Assembly (NCBI GenBank): GCA_963921275.4
Contig: OZ001293.3
Location: 5,056,001-5,120,000 of the forward strand
Source of the DNA: an uncultured Hormoscilla sp.
GTDB taxonomy: Bacteria; Cyanobacteriota; Cyanobacteriia; Cyanobacteriales; Desertifilaceae
Reading direction: 5' to 3'
DNA length: 64,000 bases
Below the pieces are notes generated by a model. The model did not search any database. It was not told the origin of the DNA and saw only the letters and a program-made list of their open reading frames with translations. Below, piece by piece: positions 33,110-44,485 of the stretch; the stretch's first letter is position 1, and the number at the start of each line of letters is the position of its first letter. Made by a program: the position numbers and the translations under genes.

Positions 33110-35513
33110 ATTAAACTAAGCCAGAGGGTCACCCCTCCGACTCGTCTCCAAAACCGGACTTGATACTTTCGCATCATCCGGCTCCTCAGTAACGCCACCC
33201 TTGTCATGGGTACGGCTGTGACTACCATCGCTGGCAGTCTTTATATCGTGGCAATGTTTGTGTAGTAACTGTAGGTTGTCGTACTGGTTTTTACCCCCTA
33301 ATGAGAGGGGCTTGATATGGTCAACTTCCCACTTGTCACCACCCATAAACGTTAATCCGCATTGTTGGCACTTTCCCTTTTGTCTCTTGAATAGCGTTGC
33401 TACCCTCTTATTTAGCTCGGGGCTTTTGCCTAATCTCGTACTCCAATATGTAAGGTTCCCGTCATATGGGCTTGCTGTACCTTTCACTTTTATGTGCCTG
33501 ATTATCTCAGTTTCGGAGTGTCTGTACAGCGTTATTTCTTCCTCTCCTATTTGGCACCGGAATCGCCATTTACCGTCCTCACTCAGGGACCAGTACTTAC
33601 GAGCTATCCAATGACTGGATTTATTGGGATGTCTCCTTTTTGCCCACTGCCAGAGAATGGTCCATAGGTAGCGGTCCATGTAGCTGTATGTTTCTTTACT
33701 TACCACTGTCCTATAATAGTTTGACCATCCCCGTATTATCGTGTTTAGCTTACTTATTAAGGCTGCTTGTGGTGCTGCTTTATGGCTGGCCACCATTTCT
33801 GATAGCCGTTCTTTATGCTTCCCTATGGACTTATTACTGGGTTTGATTAGGGTTTTGAATCCTAGGGGTGTTCCGTTGGTTGACTTGCCGGTTCTGTATT
33901 TACCTATCTCATATTGCCTTACTTTGAAACCCAGGAAGTCAAACCCCGGGCTTTCTCCTTTTAGCGTATGAGCTATTTTTGTCTTCTCGGCTTTCAATTC
34001 TAGCCCTATTCCCTTTAGCCATTCTGCCACCACTATCTGCGCTCTGTCTATCATTCCCCTATCTTCATGCATTACCACAAAGTCATCAGCATACCTGACT
34101 ACTGTCAGCTTTTGCTTTTCTTTTTGTGTCCTGGCGAGTTCTTTTACTGCCTCCTCTAGTCCATGTAGGGCTATGTTGGCTAGTAGTGGTGATATGACTC
34201 CCCCTTAGGGTGTTCCCGCTTCGGTTGCATGCCATTCTCCTTTGTCTATCACCCCGGCTTTTAACCATGCCCGTATCTGCTTACGGATTGGTGACGTAGT
34301 ATTTAATTTTTCGACTAGCGCTTTGTGGTCTATCCTGTCGAAACATTTCGCAATATCTGCATCTAATACCCATTTGGGTTTCTGTTTAATGCTGCTGAAT
34401 ATTGCTTCGATCGCGTCGTGGCATCCCCGACCCGGTCTGAATCCGTATGAGTTCCCCTCCATATATGCTTCCCATTCGGGTTCAAGCGCAATCTTGAGGA
34501 GCCCTTGATTCGCGCGGTCGTGCATCGTGGGTATTCCTAAAGGACGTTTTTCTTCTCTCCCTGGCTTAGGAATCCATACACGACGTGTAGGCTTAGCCTT
34601 GTTTGAGATTTCAATCTGACCTACCAGTTCTCGACGTTGCTTTGGGGTTAGTGATTTCACACCATCCACACCGGCTGTCTTCTTTCCCTGGTTATCTTGT
34701 GTAACCCGTCGTACCGCTAGACATTTGGCAGCCCGGGAGCTTACCAGTAACCTTTGGAGCTTGCGAACTTTTTGCTTATTGCCTTCTTGTGCCGCTCTGT
34801 AAATTCGTTTTTGCAACTTAAAGACTACCCGTTCCAGCCGAGGCCAGGGGATATCCTTCCATTCATTCATCGATTTCGACATCGTGCTCATGACGTATGT
34901 ATTGCTACTTACAACTTTACAATTGACGTTACCGTGACGGCGTCAGCCTATCCCATCCATTACAGACGGGCATTTGCTTCTCCACTCAATCTTTCCCAGT
35001 TGCGACCTGCCAAATGAAAGCAGATTTTTTTCGCCTGCGGTGGCTACTCCATCTATCGACCGGTGATGGAGAGTCTACAACCGGTTTACTTCGTTCCTAC
35101 AGATGATTGGTTGTAACTTTAGATGGGTTCTATACGCCGGGTTTATTGTCAGTGCTTACTGGTCGGGATAACATCCGCCAGTGACTTATATCCTTTCCCT
35201 TTTGGGCCAGTGTGTCAGCCTTATTACACTGGTTTAATGTAACGACGCTGCAAACCTTTGCTTTATGCTCATCATAGCTACTTGCACGCTGCGCGAAAAA
35301 TCGGCGATAACCGGTTTAGGCTCCCAGTTAGTACGCCTTTCATCCCCGCTTTACGGATTGATGCCATCTCTACCGTAGGGGAAGTGCTGTCACGAGAGCA
35401 CCTGAAAGGGGTGGACTTTCACCACCATCATCTGTAAGTTATCAGGGCAAATGAAACCCTGTTAGCAGTCCCCCACCAGTTATTACTGGCGGTTTATGCT
35501 AAACGAATCGCAC
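33110..35513 (-). mobile_element. Group II intron with RT/maturase/HNH ORF (34891-33116; single nonsense codon at 34205-34207)
   Basis: GTGCGATTCG...TTAGTTTAAT; GTP*GGVISPLLANI, RYADDFVV; homologous to 23136-25506. Confidence 0.93.
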
Positions 35514-35870
35514 GCGATCGGCAAACTCCCAGCGACCGTATCGACTCAGGCGTGAGGCAACCGTTTTCCAGTCCGGCGCTTCCGCCTCATCGCATAATCC
35601 CTGAATCACCTGCCAAATTAGATTGTAATCATATTTGGGCAGCAGCAGATAATGCCTGCCCAAAACATATCCAGTTGACGACATCTTGTTTTCTAACCAG
35701 CGAGGACTGCATACCATAAAGTCAAAGGACTCACAACCTTGTTGTCCCTTTGGTCCCACCATTGCCTGCACCAACAACCCAAAGTATTCAGCATCTAGGG
35801 GCGTAAACAAGGGCAAGTCAACAGCATCTGGACTGTGTAGACGACGTAACTCTGCTTGGATAATTTTCAT
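35499..35870 (-). CDS. Imm8-like immunity protein; last codons interrupted by the intron
   Basis: MVGPKGQQGCESFDFMVCSPRWL, GRHYLLL, LSRYGRWEF. Confidence 0.7.
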   Translation of the reverse strand: MKIIQAELRRLHSPDAVDLPLFTPLDAEYFGLLVQAMVGPKGQQGCESFDFMVCSPRWLENKMSSTGYVLGRHYLLLPKYDYNLIWQVIQGLCDEAEAPDWKTVASRLSRYGRWEFADRVRFV

Positions 35871-36009
35871 TGCTAGTGGTCCTCTAATATCGGTCGAGAA
35901 ACAGGGTTTCTCTCGTCATATCATTGATATCTTGTTAATAGCGGCACCAGAAACCCTGTTTCTCGCTTCTACTTTACCTATGGAAAAAAGTAATCCTTGA
36001 AGATGTAGA

Positions 36010-36657
36010 CTATCGCCCCACAAAATGGCCTATATTGCCCTGCTGATCCGGTTGATCGTACCCAACAGCCAGTTTTTGGACTTCCTCATTTGTCAAGTCT
36101 TCGATGCCTCCCAAATTTGCAAAACCATTTCTACCTACCAATATACTATAAATCGCTTTACGGCGACTTATTCTTAGCTTATTAATATCAAGTCCCAGAC
36201 GTTCGATCGTTTCCTTAGCAGCAGCTTGCTTGTCCGGATCGTCCGTTGGCTGAATTTCTCCAGAACCCGTGTACTTAAAAAAATCCGCACAGTTAGCTTC
36301 TATTGGCGAAACCATCAGATTCTCATCATACCATTCTCCTTTCTTATGCCCACAATGCACTGGTTTCGGGGGTGGTGTTTCACTTTCCCCTTGACAGGAA
36401 GCTAGCATATTCCTATATTCCAGTGCTAGATAGGGATGGGTACTGCGAGGTTTGAGATGTTCTATATGACAAGTTTCTCTTGTAATTCGCATCCCACAGT
36501 AACAACAGATGAAACCTTGCTCTTGTAACAAGGCGTTATAAACATCTGTTTTCTCCCGTCCGCTGAGAAGATCGTAGCTAGGTGTCCAGTCTTCGTTAGC
36601 GAGTTCTTTCCATGTAGTCAAGCTTTATGGTTCTTCACCTTTCTTGATATATTTCAT
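36010..36657 (-). pseudogene. HNH endonuclease (TIGR02646/PtuB-like) with an early stop
   Basis: MKYIKKGEEP*..., EQGFICCYCG, HIEHLKP, NMLASC, HCGHKK; ATGA overlap with the ATPase. Confidence 0.8.
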
Positions 36658-37934
36658 CGATTGAGAATTTCCCTCCTGCGGATCAGTACATCAGCGCTAA
36701 CGAATTCTGGTTCATCTGTGCCAATTTCTTTTGCCAACTGTTGGCGCAACTCTCTAGCACCATGTATATCTCCTTTGTCGATCAGTCGGAATAAATCTAG
36801 GAGACGATCTTTGATATCTTGAGGACGTTCGGGAACATCCATCAAGTCTTCCAAAATGCGATTGCTATCTCGACCAAAGGAACTTGACGGACGCTTGGCA
36901 ACAATTCCATTATCTGTTTTTTCTAGAATGTAAATTCTCTGGGGTTTAACGTGACTGACTACTTGTGGTGAATGGGTGGTGACAATAAATTGGCAGTTGG
37001 GGAACGTTCGCGTTAATGCTGGAATAATTTCCCGTTGCCATTTGGGGTGAAGGTGTAGTTCAATTTCATCAATGAGAACGACGCCTTTGCCTTCGAGTGG
37101 ATCTGATAAACCTGGGTTAGCAATTGCCAAACGCCTTGCCAAGTCTCCTACCGTTGCTAGCAAGCATTTTTCTCCATCAGAAAGTTGGTTGACGATCAAT
37201 TCTTCACTTTCTTTTTCTAAAGTCATGCGGACAGGAGAACGCCTGACACGCAAATTAGAAAATTCTGGTCTCAGTGAAGATATTGCTTTTCTAACAGCTT
37301 CCAACTGTACATCTCGGTATTTGATTATGTGATATTCTATCTCTTTTTCATTCTCTTGCTGGCGTAATAATTCTAGTTTGTTTTCATTTTCTATATCCTC
37401 TTGATTTCTAAACCATTCAAAAAATCTCCTAAAGTCTATTTCGCCGCTTTCAAGCGCACCATCATAGGCATCTTTTGGCTCAAATGAATGCTGCGTGCGA
37501 ATTCTTAACGGAATATCCAGTACCACACGATTGGTAGCATAAAAAATCACAACTGGCAATTGAGAATCGTCGTTTAACTGGCTATGTATCTTTTCGACAA
37601 ATGTTTCCAACTCTGTTAGCTTGCTGCTGGGATCTCCATTCCGAGCCTTTGTTAAAGACCAAGTTACTTTCCCATCCTCATGTAAAATATCAATCTCGTT
37701 ATGTGTCTCGCTGTCTTTATTCTTAATATCTGCGTTATTGAATGACCGTTCCGAATTGCTTTGAGTTTGAATTCCTCCTGTGAACCAAGACAGCAAAATT
37801 GAGATACAATCCAGAATACTAGATTTCCCCACGCCGTTGTTCCCGATGAGTACGGTTGGTCCGTCAGCATCGAACTCCAGGGTCATCTGGTCAATTCCGC
37901 GAAATGCTTTCATGCTCAAGCGCTTGACTTTCAT
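36654..37934 (-). CDS. ABC-type AAA ATPase (PtuA-like)
   Basis: GNNGVGKSS, QLSDGEK, VLIDEIELHLHPKWQ, QFIVTTHSP. Confidence 0.85.
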   Translation of the reverse strand: MKVKRLSMKAFRGIDQMTLEFDADGPTVLIGNNGVGKSSILDCISILLSWFTGGIQTQSNSERSFNNADIKNKDSETHNEIDILHEDGKVTWSLTKARNGDPSSKLTELETFVEKIHSQLNDDSQLPVVIFYATNRVVLDIPLRIRTQHSFEPKDAYDGALESGEIDFRRFFEWFRNQEDIENENKLELLRQQENEKEIEYHIIKYRDVQLEAVRKAISSLRPEFSNLRVRRSPVRMTLEKESEELIVNQLSDGEKCLLATVGDLARRLAIANPGLSDPLEGKGVVLIDEIELHLHPKWQREIIPALTRTFPNCQFIVTTHSPQVVSHVKPQRIYILEKTDNGIVAKRPSSSFGRDSNRILEDLMDVPERPQDIKDRLLDLFRLIDKGDIHGARELRQQLAKEIGTDEPEFVSADVLIRRREILNR

Positions 37935-38009
37935 GGCGATTTGATTAGCTCGATTTATTCGGAATACAGTCTGCTGCAATGGCTCCTTAAGCGACACCTT
38001 TCTATAGCA

Positions 38010-38047
38010 AGCCCTTAGCAGGAGTTGCACAACTCCTGCTAAGGGCT
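38010..38047. other. Perfect hairpin with 18-bp arms
   Basis: AGCCCTTAGCAGGAGTTG-CA-CAACTCCTGCTAAGGGCT. Confidence 0.85.
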
Positions 38048-38070
38048 GAAAAGCATGCCAGACAAGGGTT

Positions 38071-39805
38071 TTATCTGTCATCTCTCAGCTCATATATAGG
38101 CCATGTCTCGCCAAATTCTTTTAGTTCTGGTGTAGAACAAATCACTGTCAAATGACTGCCCTTTTCTCCCTTTTCTCGTCGCTTCAAACGGCTCAATGCC
38201 ACGTATATAGCGGCCAGTTCCTCGGGAGCGTCAGCGCGGTCAATGTTAATTACTATGTAGCTAGACTCCCACCCCTTAAAGCTGTGAATTGTCGAACATT
38301 TTAGCTTATCATCACCCGGATTAAAATACTCCTTCCTTATTTTACTCTCCTGCCAGTCTTCGCCAAACACGTGGGTCACTTCTTTTTCTTTCAGCACACC
38401 TTCTAGTTTCAGCCTTTTTACACATGCTAATCCCATTTTATGTTCGGATACTAGCAATGTCATATCCTGGTACTCAATTCCTTTTTCCATCATATCTTGC
38501 ACAGCCTGAACACAAATTGACGCTTTTTTTTCTAGAGTTGAATACTCGCTTACTTGCCGCCAGATCATTTCTACAGGCTATTTATCTAGTTCATCGCTTT
38601 TAGGCTCCGGAGAATCAGTAGAAGGATTTTCACTTTCCTTAGAATCCTTTGGCAAATACTTCTCAACATATTGCCGCAAATATTCGATTAGTTTTGGAGG
38701 CATCCGATAGCTAGTGTCAAGTTCCCCCGCCCATTTTCCGCTAAATCATGCGTCCAGCTTCCGCATACTTTCATCAGTCCAATACTTCGCACGATTGTAA
38801 AGGTCTTGCGTTTTATCTGCTACTAAAACCATTTCGATGCTTTTTATTTCGCTGCTTTTTATTTCGCTGCTTTTTTTTAGTACTGGTAGTGGTTTGCGGC
38901 GGCGTACCCGCTGGAGAGTATGCCACCAATCTATGTTAAAATCTTGACCTTCATCGACCAGAATAGCATCATAAAGATATTTTCCATATTTTCCTTCCTT
39001 TTTGTCTAGCGCTTTATTCACTAGCTCAAGCGCTTTATTCACTAGCTCAACTTCACTGTCATTGCTGCGGCGTTCTCGCTGCTGGAGAGTCTGCCACCAA
39101 TTGAGAGCCTGCCACCAATCTATGTTAAAATCTTGAACTTCACCGACCTCAAGAAGACGATCATAACGATATATGTCTTCCTTTTTCATTTCGTCTAGCC
39201 CTTTATTCGCTAGTTCAACTAAAAGATACTTGTCTTCCTTTTTCAGCTTGTCTAGCGCTTTATTCACTAGCTCAACTTGCAGATTGTCTTGCGCTTTATT
39301 CACTAGCTCAACTATCTCTGGACTCTTTCGTTCAAACGGCACATATTTTATCCGAATAATATCTAAATATTCATTTTTAAAGCCTCCTTTATAACACATA
39401 TCCTTACACCAACCATGAAAATGACACCAAGTAATCTGTTCATCAATCAAAGTCTCCACATCCGGAGGTTGGTCTTCCAAATTTTCCTCCTCCAAATTTT
39501 ATTCCTTCGATTTTTATTCCTTCAATTTTTTTTCGTCCTCCAAATATTTCAAGCGGTCGATTGCTAAACCTTTCAAGTAATTCCGCAAGGTAATGTTGAA
39601 CGTCACCACCAGGACATCTTTTTTTTTCTGTAGCTAATTGGGCAGCACGTGCAGCTAAAACTAAAGACTTGCCCGATCCTGCCCGTCCTTTTATCCGCCT
39701 TAAGCCTCTCGGAGTTCTGGTAGTTGCTAACCTTTTTTGCTCCTTACTTAAGGAGTAAAGCCCTTGTGAGGAAATGGATGTAGACTGTGGAATGGATGTA
39801 GACAT
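38071..39805 (-). pseudogene. UvrD-like superfamily I helicase, fragmented
   Basis: IKGRAGSGKS, ILVDEGQDF, VADKTQDLY, STIHSFKGWE, YVALSR; frameshifts and internal duplications. Confidence 0.8.
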
Positions 39806-40011
39806 ATTCTACCTCGATAATAACTTAACTACTGTTTGAGTTACATCCCATCGTTTACTTGGATGTAATATCGCTGGTTATTCTCCAGAATTTACGCAAA
39901 TCTGCTAGACCATACTGGTGGTAGCCTTTGACAGGGACTTTACATAAACCTGTCGTAAGTCCTGTTCTCTATATTATATGTTATAGCGACATGTCCATAA
40001 ATTTTCTATAT

Positions 40012-40720
40012 ATCCTGCCCCAGTTCTCTGATTTTTCCGGAACGGTGGTCCGGCGATCGCCCTAGCACCACTGTTAACTCCATAACTCTTATTCTATCAT
40101 ATCCTGCCCCAGTTCTCTGATTTTTCCAGAACGGTGGACTGGCGATCGCCCTAGCACTACTGTTAACTCCATAACTCTCATTCTATCATATCCTGCCCCA
40201 GTTCTCTGATTTTTCCAGAACGGTGGACTGGCGATCGCCCTAGCACCACTGTTAACTCCATGACTCTCATTCTATCATATCCTGCCCCAGTTCTCTGATT
40301 TTTCCAGAACGGTGGACTGGCGATCGCCCTAGCACCACTGTTAACTCCATAACTCTCATTCTATCATATCCTGCCCCAGTTCTCTGATTTTTCCAGAACG
40401 GTGGACTGGCGATCGCCCTAGCACTACTGTTAACTCCATAACTCTCATTCTATCATATCCTGCCCCAGTTCTCTGATTTTTCCAGAACGGTGGACTGGCG
40501 ATCGCCCTAGCACTACTGTTAACTCCATAACTCTCATTCTATCATATCCTGCCCCAGTTCTCTGATTTTTCCAGAACGGTGGACTGGCGATCGCCCTAGC
40601 ACTACTGTTAACTCCATAACTCTCATTCTATCATATCCTGCCCCAGTTCTCTGATTTTTCCAGAACGGTGGACTGGCGATCGCCTGGCACCACTGTTGAC
40701 TTCATGACTCCCATTCTACC
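40012..40720. repeat. Tandem array of eight 89-bp units
   Basis: ATCCTGCCCC recurs at 40012, 40101, 40190, 40279, 40368, 40457, 40546 and 40635; each unit has a HIP1 site. Confidence 0.95.
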
Positions 40721-40784
40721 TCCCTACATAAATCAACAATACCTCTTCTCCTTGTCGCTGATGACGGGCTTAATTCAGCCACCC

Positions 40785-41141
40785 CTAAGTCGGGAGCAAG
40801 TACATTATATACTGATCGACTTTTTCAACAGGATTATTTAGCCTGAAATCTTTTCCTTCCGGTGAAGTGGCCCATAGTTCCGGGTTACCAAATTTAGATT
40901 TTTCTACTCTGTAAGACATTTTTTTAATATCCCAGTCTTTGACTTCGTATACTGCTATCCCTACTTGAGGATTTAAGAGAACGAAGTCAGGCCGCAACCC
41001 GTTAAGATGAGGCTGAATGTATATCTCCCACTCGTCGGACAAGTTTTCATCAAAAAACTCGAAAACCTTTCTTTCCCCTTCTGTCAGGGGAGTTCTTAGG
41101 GAGTCAAGCTGGTCCCGTTGTGGGGAAATGAATCTAGACAT
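40785..41141 (-). CDS. NERD-type nuclease domain protein (short)
   Basis: LTEGERKVFEFF, EIYIQPHLNGLRPDFVLLNPQVGIAVYEVKDW. Confidence 0.8.
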   Translation of the reverse strand: MSRFISPQRDQLDSLRTPLTEGERKVFEFFDENLSDEWEIYIQPHLNGLRPDFVLLNPQVGIAVYEVKDWDIKKMSYRVEKSKFGNPELWATSPEGKDFRLNNPVEKVDQYIMYLLPT

Positions 41142-41356
41142 ATTCTACCTCGATAATAACTAACTACTGTCTGAGTTACATCCCATCCTTTACTTGGATG
41201 TAATATCGCTGGCTATTCTCCAGAACTTACGCAAATCTGCTAGACCATACCGGTGATAGCCTTTGACAGGGACTATAAGCCTGTCGTAAGTCCTGTTCTC
41301 CATATTATATGTTATAGCGACATGCCCATAAATTTTCTATATATCCCGCCCCAGTT
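41135..41356. repeat. ~225-bp direct repeat of 39799-40025 (leader plus start codon)
   Basis: Both start TAGACATATTCTACCTCGATAATAAC and end CCCCAGTT. Confidence 0.9.
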
Positions 41357-41563
41357 TTCCAACTGCTGGCGATCTCGCCCTGGCACCCCAAATAAGCTTC
41401 ATATTGGAGTCCGCAGCCCGCGCAGGCGGGCTTGGTTATTGTAGACCCACCCTTGAGGATGGGGGTGACGAGCGATCGCCCCTGACAGAAGCCAATTACA
41501 ATAGTAATAGACCGAGACAGTCAAAGCAACCAGACCCAGTAACCAAGACAGAAGGATATACTA

Positions 41564-42088
41564 ATGGTGCAGCCTCCCCAGAGATCCCCCCAAGTCAACA
41601 TGAGACAACCAGACCGCAAGCAAGCAAGCATAGAACGTCTCCGCACCATCAGCCATCTGCTAGATAACGCAATTACCATACCAGGTACAGACTATGGAGT
41701 AGGGATAGACCCCCTGCTGGGGCTACTGCCGGTTGGTGGCGATTTGATGAGCACGATTTTCTCCGCTTATATGGTAGTAGAAGCGGCACAATTGGACCTG
41801 CCCAGAGAAAGCCTAATAAGAATGGCGATTAACCTGATTTTGGACACCCTAGCTGGTACAGTGCCAGTGGTGGGAGACCTGTTTGATGTTGCCTGGAAAG
41901 CCAATACCAGGAATATGGAACTGATAGAAACCCATATGCAGTCCCAGAAGCAATCCCCCAGTCCAGCCAAAAAGCAGACAAGTGGTTCGTGTTCCTGCTG
42001 TTGACAGGGTTAGGTCTAATGGTAGTTGGGGCAGCGACTTTGACCATCACGATTATCGCACTGGTGCTTAACATGTTGGGCCACTGAT
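41564..42088 (+). CDS. DUF4112 family membrane protein (frameshift near 3' end)
   Basis: LLDNAITIPGT, GIDPLLGLLPVGGD, VPVVGDLFDVAWKAN. Confidence 0.8.
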
Positions 42089-42184
42089 TCTCAACCTGAT
42101 GAACGGACAGGCGATCCGCCCGTCCTACTTCTCCTCCGACTGAAAATATGTGATAATGAATCAGTCATTGTCTGTGTCTCGCCG

Positions 42185-43269
42185 ATGGATCAGCCTATAA
42201 CCGACCTTGCCGAAGTCCTGAAGAACCAACCCCAACTGGATTTCCAGTTGCCATCGCCAGAAGATGAAGAGATTTCCGACCTGGAGTTTCAGCAGCAGTT
42301 GGAGTCCGCTTGGCAAGTGTGCGATCGCTTTGACTTGCAAACGGACATCTGGCGGGGGCGGATCCTGCGGACCATCCGGGACCGAGAGAAAAAAAGCGGC
42401 GAAGGACGGGGGAAAGGATTTCTCAACTGGCTCAAGCAGCGGGATATTACTAAAAGCCAAGCTTATGCCTTGATTCAATTGGCCAATAGTGCCGATACCC
42501 TCTTGAGTGAAGGAAATCTGGATCCAGAGGCCATCAACAACTTCAGCAAACGCGCTTTTGTCGAAACGGCCAAATCGGATCCGGAAGTGCAACAACTGGT
42601 CAGCGATGCCGCCCAAAGAGGCGATCGCATTACCCGCCGAGAGGTCCGGCAACTAGCTGACGAATGGACAGCCATGTCCTCAGACTTACTGCCCGCAGAA
42701 GTTAAAGAACAGGCAACTACCGGTTCATTGCCGACCCGTCACCTAGCACCCCTGGTCAAAGAATTAGAGAAACTGCCAGAGTCTCACTTGCATGCCATAA
42801 AATCAGAAGTGGCCGAGCATCCAGATGTAGATACTGTCAAGCAGATGACCTCAGAATCTCGCAACTTAGCCAAGTATCTCGACGCCGCTGCCCAAGTACA
42901 AGCATTAAATGATGGGCCCGTAGACATGGAAATGGCCTTAGAAGAAGCCCTGCGCCTGGGTTGTCTGAATACTGCTTCAGACCTGGTTAAGCAAGCCACC
43001 CAACTGGAGCAGACTATAGTCAAACTATACACCACCTGGAAACGTTTGGGAAATCTGGCTGATAGAATATATGTAGAGACAGGCGCTTCCACCCCCATCT
43101 GCGATCGCTCCTGGTCAGCTTGGGTATACTGACGGGAGAAGTGATGCAAGTACCCTTGTCCGATTTTTCCGGAACGGTAGGGGGCGATCGGTCCGCGGAC
43201 GGCCCGAAAAATCGCACCGTCCGCCTGCAAATCCTCTCCGATTTTTCCGGAACGGTGGACCGCCTGTAG
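42185..43269 (+). CDS. Conserved cyanobacterial hypothetical protein (frameshift ~43095; three micro-insertions in the 3' end)
   Basis: FDLQTDIWRGRILR, FSKRAFVETAK; the tail continues in another frame to QILS..EDRL*. Confidence 0.75.
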
Positions 43270-43298
43270 GCGATCGGGGACTGGTGACCACTCACTCG

Positions 43299-43387
43299 TC
43301 GATGTCTCCTGGGTAGTGCGAGTACGATGTCCCCGGGGTAGTGTAGTTAGCGCCCCCCGGAGACATTGAGCGACCATGAGACATCGA
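43299..43387. mobile_element. Nested palindromic mini-elements (TGTCTCCTGG family)
   Basis: TCGATGTCTCCTGG...GAGACATCGA enclosing CGATGTCCCCGGGG...CCCCGGAGACATTG. Confidence 0.75.
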
Positions 43388-43664
43388 AACAAAGAACAGA
43401 TGAGACTTATCTGGCCAACTGTAGTGATATCATACTCTAGTTGTGGGCAGGGCGGTTGTAATCGGAGTCAGGCGATCGGGTATCATATAAATAGAAAGGA
43501 TTTTCCGAACCGAGGATACCAATCCCATGGGGATAAGTTAAATTACAGTAAATCAATTAATCCCACTCAGGGGACCCTGTCTCGTGTCTCGTGGGATTAG
43601 CGCTCGCACGAAACACGGTTGACATAATATCGATGTTTATCATAATCCAGGAGAGATTATACCT

Positions 43665-44360
43665 ATGCAGCAGCTAGCAGTCAGCACGGAACTAGACTTC
43701 CAGAGCGAAATATACAAAGACGCCTACAGCCGGATCAACGCGATCGTGATCGAAGGGGAAGAGGAGGCGAAGGAAAATTACATCAACCTGGCTAAACTGC
43801 TGCCAGACTGCTCCGATGAGCTAAAGAAGCTCTCCAAGATGGAAGGTCGCCACAAGAAAGGTTTTACAGCCTGTGGCAATAATCTGGGAGTGACGCCAGA
43901 CATGGTATTCGCTAAAGAATATTTTAGCCAGTTGCACCAGAACTTCCAAGACGCCCTGGCAGCAGGGAACGTAGTAACCTGCCTTTTGATTCAAGCCCTG
44001 ATTATAGAATGCTTCGCGATCGCTGCCTACAATATCTACATCCCCGTGGCCGACCCCTTTGCTCGTAAAATCACAGAAGGCGTAGTCAAGGACGAGTATA
44101 CTCACCTTAACTTCGGGGAAGAATGGCTGAAAGCCCACTTTGCTGAAGCCAAAGCCGAACTGCAAGCAGCAAATCGCCAAAATCTTCCCCTGGTCTGGAA
44201 AATGCTAAACCAAGTCACAGAGGACGCCCGCAAGCTGGGAATGGAAAAAGAAGCCCTGATAGAGGACTTCATGATCGCTTACGGAGAAGCCTTGGCCAAT
44301 ATAGGGTTTAACACCGGTGAGATAATGCGGATGTCAGCCTACGGTTTGGCAGCAGCCTAG
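43665..44360 (+). CDS. ado: Aldehyde-deformylating oxygenase
   Basis: [43 protein letters not shown]. Confidence 0.97.
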   Translation: MQQLAVSTELDFQSEIYKDAYSRINAIVIEGEEEAKENYINLAKLLPDCSDELKKLSKMEGRHKKGFTACGNNLGVTPDMVFAKEYFSQLHQNFQDALAAGNVVTCLLIQALIIECFAIAAYNIYIPVADPFARKITEGVVKDEYTHLNFGEEWLKAHFAEAKAELQAANRQNLPLVWKMLNQVTEDARKLGMEKEALIEDFMIAYGEALANIGFNTGEIMRMSAYGLAAA

Positions 44361-44485
44361 AAGCAGGGGAAAAAACAGCCGCACGGCTGCGCCACGCTGC
44401 GCGCTCGGCACAGGCCGAGCGGTGATAATGAAACAGATAGTTCGCGATCAACGCAATTACGCTTTAGAAAAGAAGCCAGCAATAC

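Noticed and set aside
33110..37934. Retron type I-A (RT plus PtuAB)
   Set aside because: The nearby RT is inside a complete group II intron with maturase and HNH domains, and no msr/msd was recognised.
40012..40720. CRISPR array
   Set aside because: Whole 89-bp units repeat with no unique spacers and there are no cas genes. The same applies to 22464-22736, 31130-31567 and 51606-51998.
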